A stretch of 52,598 bases of DNA from an uncultured Dehalococcoidia bacterium. Lineage in GTDB: Bacteria; Chloroflexota; Dehalococcoidia; Lucifugimonadales; UBA2985. Location of the stretch: assembly GCA_964443385.1 (NCBI GenBank), contig CAYUCO010000032.1, positions 1 through 52,598 of the forward strand, in the 5' to 3' direction. The translations under genes and the position numbers were made by a program. The notes below the pieces were generated by a model, which was not told the origin of the DNA, did not search any database, and was given only the letters and a program-made list of their open reading frames with translations. Below are positions 8,126 to 18,815 of the stretch, piece by piece (the first letter of the stretch is position 1; every line of letters begins with the position of its first letter).

Positions 8126-8175
8126 ACTTAATGCCCCTCGTAAATTTACAGTATTTACCTACTTAAGTCTCTTAT

Positions 8176-9261
8176 TTAATTACCGTGCAGATCATGTAGT
8201 TTATTTTTGAGGTAATCCAATGGCTGCACGGGAGCAGGATCCTCCCCATTGAGAATAGCTAAATAGTAACTAACATAATCCCCAAAAAGCACAATGCTGA
8301 GCATCTGTGCAAGTACACCTGTACCATCACCATGTACAATCTTACAGTGAGCCTGTACATTATTTAACAACTCGCTAACTACTTGGTATCGAATCCTCAT
8401 TCTGTCATGTAATAGATGAGAATCAAGTATTATCCCATAACTATTCATGGAAACAGATGAAGGCCATTTTATTCCCGCTATGGCATTGTGACCTGCCTCT
8501 GGAAATAATTCTAATAATGCCCACGATTTTGCATTTTCATTAAACTGAGTCTTCCATCTCTTCGCAACTCCCGACAATATCCCTCCGCCATATACGGCTA
8601 TAAGTTTTCCTTGAAGAGATATCGCTAATTCTTTAGCAGGATTATTCTCAACAGGCACGTCTGGCATCAACCTGTTAGCCATAGTGCTCAGTGCGTCTAT
8701 TGCTTCTTGAACTAGAAATGTATCTACTTTTATCAATCCCAATTTTTCCATAATTGCCAACGGTGTAAGAAAACTATAACCCAAAGCTGTTCTAGGTTCG
8801 CCTTTGTAGTTAATATCAACCACCGGAACATTCGACTCAAAACTTATATCAGCCAATAAGCCACCAGAGGTTAGAGACAACAACTTAGCACCTTTAGAGA
8901 GTCCTTCCCTAAAGGCTGAAACAGTTTCCACTGTATTGCCTGAATAGCTGGAGGCTATAACCAACGATTTTTCTCCCACAAATTGAGGCAAGGAATATTC
9001 TCTACAAACAGTTACAGGAATGCCTTCCAAAAGACCAGACAAATCACAGAGTAGTTCTCCACCGATCGCAGATCCACCTACTCCACATACAACAACATTA
9101 TTTACATCTTTGTAATAACTGGGCAATACCAAGTCCATACCAGTGGACCATGCAGACACACACTGTTCAGATAAACCAAAGATTCTATCTCTGAATCGAC
9201 TCGGGTCTAATGTTTCGTATGTATTAGGATCATCTAAGTAGTGTATTTCTGCCACTGTCAA
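8176..9261 (-). CDS. Bifunctional phosphoglucose/phosphomannose isomerase (SIS-domain type)
   Basis: 361 aa with two SIS-like segments (VCGVGGSAIGG; VYGGGILSG). The TTG start overlaps the upstream PGM/PMM stop by 4 nt. Confidence 0.7.
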   Translation of the reverse strand: MTVAEIHYLDDPNTYETLDPSRFRDRIFGLSEQCVSAWSTGMDLVLPSYYKDVNNVVVCGVGGSAIGGELLCDLSGLLEGIPVTVCREYSLPQFVGEKSLVIASSYSGNTVETVSAFREGLSKGAKLLSLTSGGLLADISFESNVPVVDINYKGEPRTALGYSFLTPLAIMEKLGLIKVDTFLVQEAIDALSTMANRLMPDVPVENNPAKELAISLQGKLIAVYGGGILSGVAKRWKTQFNENAKSWALLELFPEAGHNAIAGIKWPSSVSMNSYGIILDSHLLHDRMRIRYQVVSELLNNVQAHCKIVHGDGTGVLAQMLSIVLFGDYVSYYLAILNGEDPAPVQPLDYLKNKLHDLHGN

Positions 9262-10679
9262 ACTCCTACAAAATTCCTAGCTTCGGATATCAATTTGTCA
9301 ACCAAATCCTCGTTTACAGCTTCTGAATAAATACGCAAAAGTGGTTCAGTACCAGAAAATCTTATAGCTAACCATGAACCATCTTCTAAAACAAATTTGG
9401 TTCCGTCAAACTGATCCACGTGTTTGATATTGATGCCTGCAATAGCATTTAATGTTATATCGCTTAATTTTTCTTTTATAGATGCTCCTATTACTGGATC
9501 ATAAACGATATCATCTCTACGATAGTAATGCGGCCCTACCTTACTGTAAAGGTACTCTACCAACTCTGATGGAGTCTTATCCATCTTTACCATCATGTCC
9601 AGAATAAATAATCCACTCAATATACCGTCACGCTCCGGTATGTGACCCCTAAAACCGAACCCCCCACTCTCCTCTCCCGCCAATAAGGCATCTTTTTCTA
9701 TCATAGTAGGTCCAATATATTTAAATCCTACAGGGGTTTCAAAAACAGGAACATCGAATATTTCTGCTAATCTGTAAATCATATTACTAGAAGTCAAAGA
9801 CTTTACTAAAGGACCCCTCTCCCCTCTAACCTCGAGCATATATAAGGATAATAAAGCTAATACTTGCAGTGGATTTATGTAATCACCATTTTCATCGATT
9901 AATCCAAATCTATCGGCATCCGCATCTAGGGCCAAACCAGCTTGATGTCCTTCTTTTACAACAATATCTGATAGTCTTACTAAATTCTTAGCCACTGGTT
10001 CAGGTTGTAACATCCCCGGGAAAATAGGATTCCTTACATCGTGGATTTCAACAATGTTTAGGTCTCCTCCACCGAGGAGTGTTGTGAAATATCCCGCTCC
10101 AGCACCATACATTGGATCAACAACTATTCGTAGGCCAGAATTTCTTATTGCATCTATGTCAACTAAATTGGATACATGTTGCAAATACGGTAGCGAAGGA
10201 TCTATAAGTGAACCAATATTCTGAGAGATAGCTTGCTCCCATCGAACGTGTTTATTGAATTTCCTCGTCTCAGAACTTCGAACGTGCGTTTCCAGCGCAT
10301 CTACAATCTCAGGGGAAGCACTTCCAGCATATTCGGGTTTGAATTTAAAACCATTCCATTGAGGAGGATTATGACTAGCTGTTATAACCACCCCTCCTCC
10401 AGTTCCGTGAAATAGTACATTATAGCTAACTACCGGTGTTGGTACGGGCCTGTCGCTTAGCAGGGTCTTTATACCATTACCTGCTGAAACCTCTGCAACA
10501 GTATTAGCAAACTCCTCAGACAAAAATCTAGTGTCATATCCGATTATCAATCCCTTATTTGCTAGATTCTGCGTCAAGATATAATCGCTAACGCCTTGTG
10601 CACAGTATCTGACATTTTCGAAAGTGAAATCGTCAGCTATAATTCCTCTCCATCCATCAGTACCAAATTGAATTGGCAT
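9258..10679 (-). CDS. Phosphoglucomutase/phosphomannomutase
   Basis: Three diagnostic loops are present: the phosphoserine loop TASHNPPQWNGFK, the metal loop LDADADRFG and the sugar loop GEESGG. Confidence 0.85.
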   Translation of the reverse strand: MPIQFGTDGWRGIIADDFTFENVRYCAQGVSDYILTQNLANKGLIIGYDTRFLSEEFANTVAEVSAGNGIKTLLSDRPVPTPVVSYNVLFHGTGGGVVITASHNPPQWNGFKFKPEYAGSASPEIVDALETHVRSSETRKFNKHVRWEQAISQNIGSLIDPSLPYLQHVSNLVDIDAIRNSGLRIVVDPMYGAGAGYFTTLLGGGDLNIVEIHDVRNPIFPGMLQPEPVAKNLVRLSDIVVKEGHQAGLALDADADRFGLIDENGDYINPLQVLALLSLYMLEVRGERGPLVKSLTSSNMIYRLAEIFDVPVFETPVGFKYIGPTMIEKDALLAGEESGGFGFRGHIPERDGILSGLFILDMMVKMDKTPSELVEYLYSKVGPHYYRRDDIVYDPVIGASIKEKLSDITLNAIAGINIKHVDQFDGTKFVLEDGSWLAIRFSGTEPLLRIYSEAVNEDLVDKLISEARNFVGV

Positions 10680-10781
10680 TCGCTAACCATCCATTTACTA
10701 GAATATAATCAATGATATCTTACAGAATATACAACTAAATATAAATGATAAAACTTCTAGTAATTGAAACCCACAGATTAG

Positions 10782-11852
10782 TTATCCAATAGTCCCGAGA
10801 GAAATACCAGGTTGCAGGTCAGTAGTTACATTCATACCAGATGCCACCATACAGAGATTCCCTATATTGACCTTGTCATTTACTGTAACATCATCAGCCA
10901 ATATACACTCTGACAAAATCACTTCATTGCCTGTACGAACACCGTCCCAAAGCACTGACCCGGATATTACATTACCTTCCCCAATCGTCACTCCAGACCC
11001 TAAAACTGTAGGACCATGTATAACCGATCCTGCGCCTATGAAACAATCGCGCCCCAAGACGACAGGCCCTCCTATAACAGCCGAAGGGTGTACAAAATTT
11101 CCCTCTGTACTCAACACATCACTATTCCCAGCAACCATAAGATCATCGGAGGAATTCAAAATATCATGATTAACCCTAAGATAATTCGATGGTGTCCCTA
11201 GATCAATCCAATATGGATTATTCTTGTAACCATACATTGGGATGCCGGTTTTCAATAGAGTCGGAAATAAACCCCTTTCAAACATATAAAACTCGTTTGT
11301 AGGGGCAATTGTAAGAATATCCGGTTCCAAGATATACACTCCACCGTTAATCCAATTGCTATTTGTTTCACCAGGATTAGGCTTTTCTATAAATTTTTCT
11401 ATGTAACCATCATCTTTCATTTCGACTACACCAAATTGAGAAGGGTCGGATACTTCTTTGAGAAATAATGTGGCCTTAGAATTCGCATTCTGGTGGAAGA
11501 ACAACATATTGGATATATCTAAGTTGGTAAATATGTCCCCATTAAGAACCAAAAAAGTATCATCTAAGAGGTTTTCCACATTTTTTACGGCACCTGCAGT
11601 GCCCAGAGGATTCTCCTCCAAAACATAGTGGATGTTCATATTTGAGTAACCATTGTCACCAAAATGATCTCTTATTTTATCTGACAAATAAGAAACAGTT
11701 ATAATGACTTCTGTAACATCATGTGAGGCTAGGCTATCTAGCATATGCTCCAAAAATGGCCTGTTCAAAATCGGAACCATAGGTTTAGGAATATTGTTGG
11801 TTAAAGGACGGAGACGAGTCCCTGACCCACCAGCAAGTATTACGGCTTTCAT
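10782..11852 (-). CDS. NDP-sugar pyrophosphorylase, mannose-1-phosphate guanylyltransferase-like
   Basis: The N-terminus LAGGSGTRLRPLT is a nucleotidyltransferase signature. The C-terminus carries hexapeptide (left-handed beta-helix) repeats. Confidence 0.75.
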   Translation of the reverse strand: MKAVILAGGSGTRLRPLTNNIPKPMVPILNRPFLEHMLDSLASHDVTEVIITVSYLSDKIRDHFGDNGYSNMNIHYVLEENPLGTAGAVKNVENLLDDTFLVLNGDIFTNLDISNMLFFHQNANSKATLFLKEVSDPSQFGVVEMKDDGYIEKFIEKPNPGETNSNWINGGVYILEPDILTIAPTNEFYMFERGLFPTLLKTGIPMYGYKNNPYWIDLGTPSNYLRVNHDILNSSDDLMVAGNSDVLSTEGNFVHPSAVIGGPVVLGRDCFIGAGSVIHGPTVLGSGVTIGEGNVISGSVLWDGVRTGNEVILSECILADDVTVNDKVNIGNLCMVASGMNVTTDLQPGISLGTIG

Positions 11853-11891
11853 CTCGAAACCTCAGCAGGAACAAACATATAGCGTACTATC

Positions 11892-13112
11892 CTATTTTAT
11901 GTTGGCTTCTGATCGAAGAATGTTTGCCTTATCTATTGATTCCCAAGGTAAGGAAATATCTTCTCTACCAAAATGTCCATACGCAGCGGAAGGCTTATAT
12001 ATAGGTCGCCTAAGGTCTAAATTATTTATTATTGCCGCGGGACGAAAATCGAAGTGTTTATCTATAAGATCTACAATGACTTGATCGTCTACATGACCAG
12101 TGCCAAAAGTTTCCACGGCTATTGAAAGAGGAGAAGCTCGGCCTATAGCGTAGGATACTTGTATCTCCAATCTATCGGCAAGACCAGCGGCAACAACATT
12201 TTTTGCAACGTATCTCGCCATATACGCTGCCGATCTATCAATCTTGGGTGGATCTTTGCCTGAAAACGCTCCTCCCCCATGCCTAGCCACCCCTCCATAT
12301 GTGTCAACAAGTATCTTGCGTCCGGTTAAGCCAGTATCCGCTACAGGACCGCCCACTACAAATCTACCTGTAGGGTTTATATAGATTTTAGTATCTTCAT
12401 CACATAAATTCTTGGGAATGATTTCGTTGATTACCAAATTAGTTATATCCTCGTTTATAACCTCTTGTGACACCTCTGGAGCATGTTGAGTGCTAACAAC
12501 AATGGCTTCTATTCTTTTAGGTACACCATATGAATATTCAACTGTAACCTGTGCTTTACCATCTGGTCTCAAATATGGAATGATTTCTTGCTTACGTACT
12601 TCTGCCAACCTCTGGCACAACTTATGCGAAAGATCGATAGACAGCGGCATTAGTTCTTTCGTTTCGTTACAGGCAAAACCCACAACCATACCTTGATCTC
12701 CAGCCCCTATCTTTTCAGGATCTTCAATGCTATATTTTGCACCTTCTTTTTTGTCCTCCTGAGACGAATCAACTCCCAGAGCTATGTCCTGTGACTGCTC
12801 TTGTAAAGAAACTATCACTCCGCAACTCTTAGAATCAAACCCGAAATCTGGATCGTTATATCCTGCTTGATATATGGTGTTCCTTATTATGTTGGCAACA
12901 TCTACATAACTGGAAGTAGTAATCTCACCCATTACTATAACCAAACCATTAGTTACACATGTTTCACATGCGACCCTTGCAGCAGAATCTTTAGCCAGAA
13001 GGGAATCAAGTATAGCGTCCGAGATCTGATCACACAGTTTATCAGGGTGACCCTCTGTCACCGATTCCGATGTATATAAATATGATTTTGAGTCTGTAAA
13101 GGCAAATCCCAT
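11892..13112 (-). CDS. metK: S-adenosylmethionine synthase
   Basis: Motifs [23 protein letters not shown] and DTYGG are present. The ATG at 13112 is preceded by AAGGA. The ORF-track start at 13136 is a TTG with no SD. Confidence 0.95.
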   Translation of the reverse strand: MGFAFTDSKSYLYTSESVTEGHPDKLCDQISDAILDSLLAKDSAARVACETCVTNGLVIVMGEITTSSYVDVANIIRNTIYQAGYNDPDFGFDSKSCGVIVSLQEQSQDIALGVDSSQEDKKEGAKYSIEDPEKIGAGDQGMVVGFACNETKELMPLSIDLSHKLCQRLAEVRKQEIIPYLRPDGKAQVTVEYSYGVPKRIEAIVVSTQHAPEVSQEVINEDITNLVINEIIPKNLCDEDTKIYINPTGRFVVGGPVADTGLTGRKILVDTYGGVARHGGGAFSGKDPPKIDRSAAYMARYVAKNVVAAGLADRLEIQVSYAIGRASPLSIAVETFGTGHVDDQVIVDLIDKHFDFRPAAIINNLDLRRPIYKPSAAYGHFGREDISLPWESIDKANILRSEANIK

Positions 13113-13213
13113 TTTTAATTCCTTTAGTACATCCAATAAATTAGATCAAAATAACTTAAAGCTTATTTGCAACGAATCCTCACTATTTAAACATATTCAA
13201 ACCTAGATATGAA

Positions 13214-14482
13214 CTAGGTACCTTCTTCCCAACTTCTTAGATATAACTCTTGCTCCTCTGTAAGGCTATCTATACCTATACCCAGTGAATGCAGTTTGAT
13301 TTGTGCTACTGTTTCATCTATATCATCGGGAACTGAATGAACTGTTTTTCCTAATTCCTTTGCGTTGCCAACTAGATATTCTATGCACAGAGCTTGGTTT
13401 GCAAAGCTCATATCCATAACTGAAGATGGATGGCCTTCTGCTGCAGCTAGGTTTATGAGTCTACCTTCACCTAACAGATACAGTTTACGGCCATCTTTTA
13501 TACTGTATTCCTCAACGGAAGATCTTACTAATCTCTTACCAGACGAAATAGACTCGAGGTAAGGTATGTTTATTTCTGAGTTAAAATGTCCACTGATAGC
13601 CAAAATGGCTCCGTCTTTGGCATTGTCCAAGGTTTCTTTATCTATAACATTAACGTCGCCTGTTGCAGTGATGAATATATCTCCAACATTTGAAGCTTCT
13701 GCAACCGGCATAACTTGATATCCGTCCATTACCGCCTCTAATGCTCGAACGCTGTCCACTTCTGTTACTATGACGTGAGACCCCATCCCTTTAGCTCTCA
13801 TTGCAATGCCTCTACCACACCACCCGTAACCGCAAACTACTACACTCTTCCCAGACCATAAAACATTCGTTGCCCTTGTAATACCATCCAAAGTGCTCTG
13901 GCCAGTGCCATATCTATTATCGAAAAGATGCTTTGTGTCAGCGTCGTTTATCGCTATTATGGGATACATAAGCTTATTTTCTTGAGCCATACTTCTCAAT
14001 CTTATTACCCCAGTAGTCGTTTCTTCTGTGCCACCTATTACTTTGTCCAACAGATCAGTTCTTTCTTTGTGCAAAACACTAACCAAGTCTGCTCCATCAT
14101 CCATAGTAAAATGTGGTTTATTATCCAACGCAGAATGAATATGCTTGTAATACGTATCGTTGTCCTCTCCGTTTATAGCATATGTTGGAATACCATATTC
14201 TTTTACTAAGGCAGCAGCCACATCATCTTGGGTGCTTAGAGGATTACTGGCACATAAAACTACATTAGCTCCCCCATCTTTGAGAGTTATCGCCAAATTA
14301 GCAGTCTCGGTAGTTACATGCAAACAAGCTGCTATGTCCACGCCTTCCAGGGGTTTCTCTTTAACAAATCTATCCCTTATAAGTTTCAAAACCTGCATCT
14401 CCCGAGCAGCCCATTGGATACGAGAAACGCCCTGTTCAGAAAGACCTATATCTTTTACATCACCACTTAAACCGTTTGACAT
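13214..14482 (-). CDS. ahcY: Adenosylhomocysteinase (short form)
   Basis: Motifs LNLILDDGGD-like MDDGADL, the NAD loop GYGWCGRG, and [13 protein letters not shown] are present. Confidence 0.95.
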   Translation of the reverse strand: MSNGLSGDVKDIGLSEQGVSRIQWAAREMQVLKLIRDRFVKEKPLEGVDIAACLHVTTETANLAITLKDGGANVVLCASNPLSTQDDVAAALVKEYGIPTYAINGEDNDTYYKHIHSALDNKPHFTMDDGADLVSVLHKERTDLLDKVIGGTEETTTGVIRLRSMAQENKLMYPIIAINDADTKHLFDNRYGTGQSTLDGITRATNVLWSGKSVVVCGYGWCGRGIAMRAKGMGSHVIVTEVDSVRALEAVMDGYQVMPVAEASNVGDIFITATGDVNVIDKETLDNAKDGAILAISGHFNSEINIPYLESISSGKRLVRSSVEEYSIKDGRKLYLLGEGRLINLAAAEGHPSSVMDMSFANQALCIEYLVGNAKELGKTVHSVPDDIDETVAQIKLHSLGIGIDSLTEEQELYLRSWEEGT

Positions 14483-14664
14483 TATGAGCCAAACCTCCCT
14501 AGCATAATATTACGTCCCGCCACATACCATCCGGGAAAATACTTTGAGATTATTTTTGCAGGATAGTTGAAAGGAACGACCTGAATTGTGATCACAAATC
14601 AAAAACCTGTGCATGATAGCCGATTTGTATATATCTGTCCAGTTGTATGATGGCAAAACAATTG

Positions 14665-15639
14665 CTATATATTCTGGATTAATCCAGATAAAACATTCTT
14701 TGGTCTTGCTCCCACTTGTTTTATTATTTCGCCTGCCGCCATTGATCCCAACATGCCACTCGCTCTCATATCGTAACCGTTCGTCATTCCATAAAGAAAT
14801 CCCGCTGCATATAAATCGCCTGCACCTGTAGTATCAACTACATTTTCTATTCTAAAAGGTTCAATATCTATACTCGTCCCTAATGTATTTACTACGGATC
14901 CTCTAGAGCCAAGTGTGGCAACCAGCACACTGGAATCATTACGCCCTATGTCCATGGCCTTGAAAACAGAGTCTTCTTGATAAAGGGTGGTAATTTCTTC
15001 TTCATTACCAAAAAGTATATCAACATATTCGGATATCAAATCACGGAACGAGTCTCTATGCCTTTCCACACTAAAAGAATCCGACAGGCTTAAAGCTACC
15101 TGGCGCCTCGCAGTTTTAGCTACTTTAGCAGCTTTTATCATCGCCTCTTTAGCATTGTCGGTATCCCACAAATATCCTTCCAGATAAGTGATTTTGTGAT
15201 TAACGATTACGTCAGTATTAATGTCCTCTGTGGTTAACTCTAAACAAGCACCCAAATGTGTGGCCATAGTCCTTTGCCCATCAGGGGTTATTGCAACTAG
15301 ACAAAGAGCAGTAGGAGAATTGTTGTTGGCAGAGGAAACACAAAACTCCACCCCGAGAGCAGCCATATCTGATCTAAATACGTCACCAGAGTGATCATCA
15401 CTTATCTTTCCTATGTAGGAACATTTGCCCCCAAAAGAAGCAATAGCTGCCATACTGTTGCCAACAGATCCACCAGACATTTCTGCAGTGGAAGTCATAT
15501 CAGAATAAATTTGTTCAGCCTGAACAGCATCCACTAATCTCATAGACCCTTTTATTAAATCATGCTTTATAAGAAATGACTCGTCAGCTTGGTAAAGAAC
15601 ATCCACCATAGCATTTCCTATACCAACCACGTCATACAA
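14665..15639 (-). CDS. PfkB-family adenosine kinase
   Basis: The N-terminus DVVGIGNAMVDV and the C-terminal PfkB motif DTTGAGDLYAAGFLYG are present. The start is TTG; no in-frame ATG precedes the conserved N-terminal strand. Confidence 0.7.
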   Translation of the reverse strand: MYDVVGIGNAMVDVLYQADESFLIKHDLIKGSMRLVDAVQAEQIYSDMTSTAEMSGGSVGNSMAAIASFGGKCSYIGKISDDHSGDVFRSDMAALGVEFCVSSANNNSPTALCLVAITPDGQRTMATHLGACLELTTEDINTDVIVNHKITYLEGYLWDTDNAKEAMIKAAKVAKTARRQVALSLSDSFSVERHRDSFRDLISEYVDILFGNEEEITTLYQEDSVFKAMDIGRNDSSVLVATLGSRGSVVNTLGTSIDIEPFRIENVVDTTGAGDLYAAGFLYGMTNGYDMRASGMLGSMAAGEIIKQVGARPKNVLSGLIQNI

Positions 15640-15677
15640 ATTACTAATGCCGAACCATCCTATTCATTACTTCTTAA

Positions 15678-16022
15678 TTATGCTTTTTCAGTAGGATAAT
15701 TACTAGTTATCCAAGCATTAGTCCCGTCTTCTATGTTGTATAGGCGATCGCTTGATATATCCATTGCAGCAGCCATTTCACAAGCCAGGCCACTACGAAC
15801 GCCCATTGCACATATAAATAACAAGTCTTTGTCAGATGGGAGTTCATCTACTCTTGATAAGATATCATCGACGGGTATATGAATTGCTCCTGCAACATGT
15901 CCTGCAGCCCATTCATTAGAATCTCTGACATCTATTACGACTGCATCACCTTGCCCAATCATATTATTAGCTTCTTCGAGGCCGACTCTCCAGTATGGTT
16001 CACCAGGGTTCTGTCTTGCCAT
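15678..16022 (-). CDS. Single-domain rhodanese sulfurtransferase
   Basis: The active-site loop is CAMGVRS. The ATG at 16022 follows GGGAGAG by 5 nt. The ORF-track GTG start is at 16040. Confidence 0.75.
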   Translation of the reverse strand: MARQNPGEPYWRVGLEEANNMIGQGDAVVIDVRDSNEWAAGHVAGAIHIPVDDILSRVDELPSDKDLLFICAMGVRSGLACEMAAAMDISSDRLYNIEDGTNAWITSNYPTEKA

Positions 16023-16054
16023 AACTACTCTCCCTATCACAATATTTGTTTCAA

Positions 16055-16918
16055 CTAACTCATATACTTTTGAACAAGTAGCCCGAGTTTGTCTACGTCT
16101 TTTGAATCTATAGAATCTCTAGAACTGATTATAGCGTTTTCCATCGCATAATTACACTCACAATCAACGTTTAGTGATAGATTTGGAATCACATCCTCTA
16201 ATATTTTCTTTGATATTTTAATGTTTTTATTTAAATTGGCGACAACCATATCTACTGTGACAGATTCCTCACTGCCCCTCCAACAGTCATAGTCAGTAGA
16301 GCAAGCCAATATCGCGTAGCATAATTCTGCTTCTCTAGCCAACTTGGCTTCAGGTAAAGCTGTCATACCTATTACATCCGCACCCCAGGATCTGTAAAGA
16401 TTTGATTCCGCCAAGGAAGAAAACTGCGGACCTTCTATAACAACGTATGTGCCTCCATTGTGAACATTGGCACCTAATGCAGATGCACTTCTGTAAAGGT
16501 TGTGGCTGATCATCCCACAAAATGGGTTGGCAAATCCCACGTGAGCTACAATACTTCCGTCAAAAAATGTACTTGCTCTTGTCTTGGTCCTATCAATAAT
16601 CTGATTCGGTATGACCAAATCAAGAGGAGCTATGTTCTCTCGTAAACTACCCACCGCACTTACTGCAATTACCTTACTAACGCCTAGTTTTTTCAAAGCA
16701 AAAATATTTGCTCTTGCAGGTATATTCGTTGGAGAAATTGTATGCCCTGAACCATGTCTTGGGAGAAATGCTACAGAAACGCCTTCAAAACTTCCCACAA
16801 CAATACTGGAGCTCGGTGATCCAAAAGGAGTATCTATATTAACTTCCTTAATGTCTTTCAATCCTTCCAAGTTGTATAAACCGGTCCCTCCTATAATACC
16901 TACGCTAGCGTCAACCAA
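16055..16918 (-). CDS. mtnP: S-methyl-5'-thioadenosine phosphorylase
   Basis: PNP/MTAP fold with the N-terminus VGIIGGTGLY, plus FLPRHG and GMTALPEAKLAREAE. The TTG start overlaps the mtnA stop by 8 nt. Confidence 0.9.
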   Translation of the reverse strand: MVDASVGIIGGTGLYNLEGLKDIKEVNIDTPFGSPSSSIVVGSFEGVSVAFLPRHGSGHTISPTNIPARANIFALKKLGVSKVIAVSAVGSLRENIAPLDLVIPNQIIDRTKTRASTFFDGSIVAHVGFANPFCGMISHNLYRSASALGANVHNGGTYVVIEGPQFSSLAESNLYRSWGADVIGMTALPEAKLAREAELCYAILACSTDYDCWRGSEESVTVDMVVANLNKNIKISKKILEDVIPNLSLNVDCECNYAMENAIISSRDSIDSKDVDKLGLLVQKYMS

Positions 16919-17969
16919 TGATCAACTCCTTAATTGATTTGTTGTAGGGAGCCGCAGCAATACCATTGTCCGTTATGATAGATGTAATATATTTGGATGG
17001 GGTTATATCAAAAGCCATATTCAAAACTTTAGATTCTTGAACGCCAACACTTATACCTTTGACGGTAATCACCTCTTCGGCAAGTCTTTCTTCTATTGGA
17101 ATTTCATCTCCGGTGTTTTTCCCCAAATCAATGGTAGTAATTGGAGCAGCTACGTAAAAAGGTAAGCCGTGTTCTTTGGCTAGAACAGCCAAGCTGAATG
17201 TTCCTATTTTGTTAGCCACATCTCCATTAGCAGCTATTCTATCAGCCCCTACTATAACGCACTGTATCTTACCTCTACTCATAAGATATCCTGCCAGAGA
17301 ATCAACTATCAATGTTGAAGGTATACCGAATTTATTCAACTCCCACATAGTCAACCTAGATCCCTGGAACCAAGGTCTAGTTTCAGTTGATATCACCTCT
17401 TTAATTCTCCCCTGTGTCCACGCTTTTCTAATAACACCCAGTGCAGTACCGAACCCACCTGTAGCAAGTGGTCCCGTATTACAGTGAGTTAGAACAGAGC
17501 TGCCGTACGGAATTATATCTGCTCCAAATTCACTTAGTTTTACATCAGATTCATATGATTCTAAATGAATAGCCTTGGCTTCTTCCAATAGTCTTGCTGC
17601 AAAATCTTTTTGTGGTGTTGGCGTACGTGACCTATCAATCATACGTTCTACAGCCCATTTCAAATTAACGGCAGTGGGTCTTGCCTGTATTAACGAAAGA
17701 CCGATGTCTGCAAGCTTGTTCAATTTAAGTTCTTTACTAACATACTCAAGTTGAAAACAAGCCAATGCTAGTGCGTATCCAGCTGCCACTCCAATGGCTG
17801 GAGCCCCTCGTATTTTCATATCTTTTATCGCAGAAAAGACTTCCTCCCAAGTGTTCAGATAAAGAAATTCCTCTTCTTGAGGTAATTTAGATTGATCTAA
17901 TAATTGCAAATTGCCATCATTGTCCATCCATTTTATTGGATCTATTATGTTTTCAAATAATTCACTCAA
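16911..17969 (-). CDS. mtnA: Methylthioribose-1-phosphate isomerase (eIF-2B alpha/beta/delta family)
   Basis: Motifs LLDQSKLP, RGAPAIG, THCNTG and VGADRIAANGD are present. The gene is adjacent to and overlaps mtnP. TTG start. Confidence 0.85.
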   Translation of the reverse strand: MSELFENIIDPIKWMDNDGNLQLLDQSKLPQEEEFLYLNTWEEVFSAIKDMKIRGAPAIGVAAGYALALACFQLEYVSKELKLNKLADIGLSLIQARPTAVNLKWAVERMIDRSRTPTPQKDFAARLLEEAKAIHLESYESDVKLSEFGADIIPYGSSVLTHCNTGPLATGGFGTALGVIRKAWTQGRIKEVISTETRPWFQGSRLTMWELNKFGIPSTLIVDSLAGYLMSRGKIQCVIVGADRIAANGDVANKIGTFSLAVLAKEHGLPFYVAAPITTIDLGKNTGDEIPIEERLAEEVITVKGISVGVQESKVLNMAFDITPSKYITSIITDNGIAAAPYNKSIKELIIG

Positions 17970-17997
17970 AGCAGATCCCTATATTCTTTCCACATGG

Positions 17998-18735
17998 TTA
18001 AAAGAGAAGTTTACCTAAATCACTCAGCCTATTAATATGAAAATCTGGTTCCTTTATTCTCTCTTGCCCTTCTGCGGATCCTAGTAAAACAGTTTTCAAT
18101 CCCGCCTTATTAGCTCCGTACACGTCATTTAGGATATGATCCCCAACATGTATAGACGCTTGGGCTGAGCAAGATAATTCTTTGAGAGTCATATGGAAAA
18201 TCTCGGTTGACGGCTTACATAACAACACTTCATCTGAAAATGTAAGCACTTGAAAAAAATCGAGTATGTTATGATTTTGCAAGTATCTACGAAATAAACG
18301 TCCTGGTGTCATTCCTGTATTAGAGATTAAGCCTATTTTATAACCTTTTGCCGTTAAATTTTTTAATATATATTCCGATTCCGGGTCCAATTCAGGAGGG
18401 AATTCGAAAAAAGCCTCTCCATACCAGTAGTTTATTTCTTCTATCGTAGTCTTATACAAATCATCAAAGAGGTTTTCTCTAATACTATTAATAAATATTT
18501 TGACCTGGTGATCGAAACTGTAATCTTTCTCTGCTTTGTGAGCCTCTCGACATATTCGGTAGCATGACCTGTACGCTTCCTGAACATGCTCGTAAGAAAA
18601 ATCGCACCCAACAGTACTGAGAGAGTTAATTGTTTCTTCTATACGACGCTGTGCTCTGGATCTTCCAAGTTCCCTGTTATCTATTATCAAAGTCTGCCAA
18701 AGGTCAAACGTGATTCCTTGAATATCGTCCAGCAT
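17998..18735 (-). CDS. HAD-superfamily subfamily IA protein, atypical motif I
   Basis: Motif I is FDLWQT, motif II is ISNTG, motif III is LCKPS and motif IV is VGDHILNDV. The ATG at 18735 is preceded by GAGGTG. The ORF-track TTG start is at 18771. Confidence 0.7.
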   Translation of the reverse strand: MLDDIQGITFDLWQTLIIDNRELGRSRAQRRIEETINSLSTVGCDFSYEHVQEAYRSCYRICREAHKAEKDYSFDHQVKIFINSIRENLFDDLYKTTIEEINYWYGEAFFEFPPELDPESEYILKNLTAKGYKIGLISNTGMTPGRLFRRYLQNHNILDFFQVLTFSDEVLLCKPSTEIFHMTLKELSCSAQASIHVGDHILNDVYGANKAGLKTVLLGSAEGQERIKEPDFHINRLSDLGKLLF

Positions 18736-18815
18736 AAACACCTCGGGGACTGACACCGCAGTATATATCAAATGAGATTAGTATGAGACAACACTACTAC
18801 AATAAAGTACAATAA

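Noticed and set aside
13113-13213. Possible SAM riboswitch upstream of metK
   Set aside because: Only about 100 nt of AT-rich sequence separates the ahcY stop from the metK start. No GC-rich multi-helix core is visible, only a 6-bp hairpin (ACCTAG/CTAGGT) overlapping the ahcY stop.
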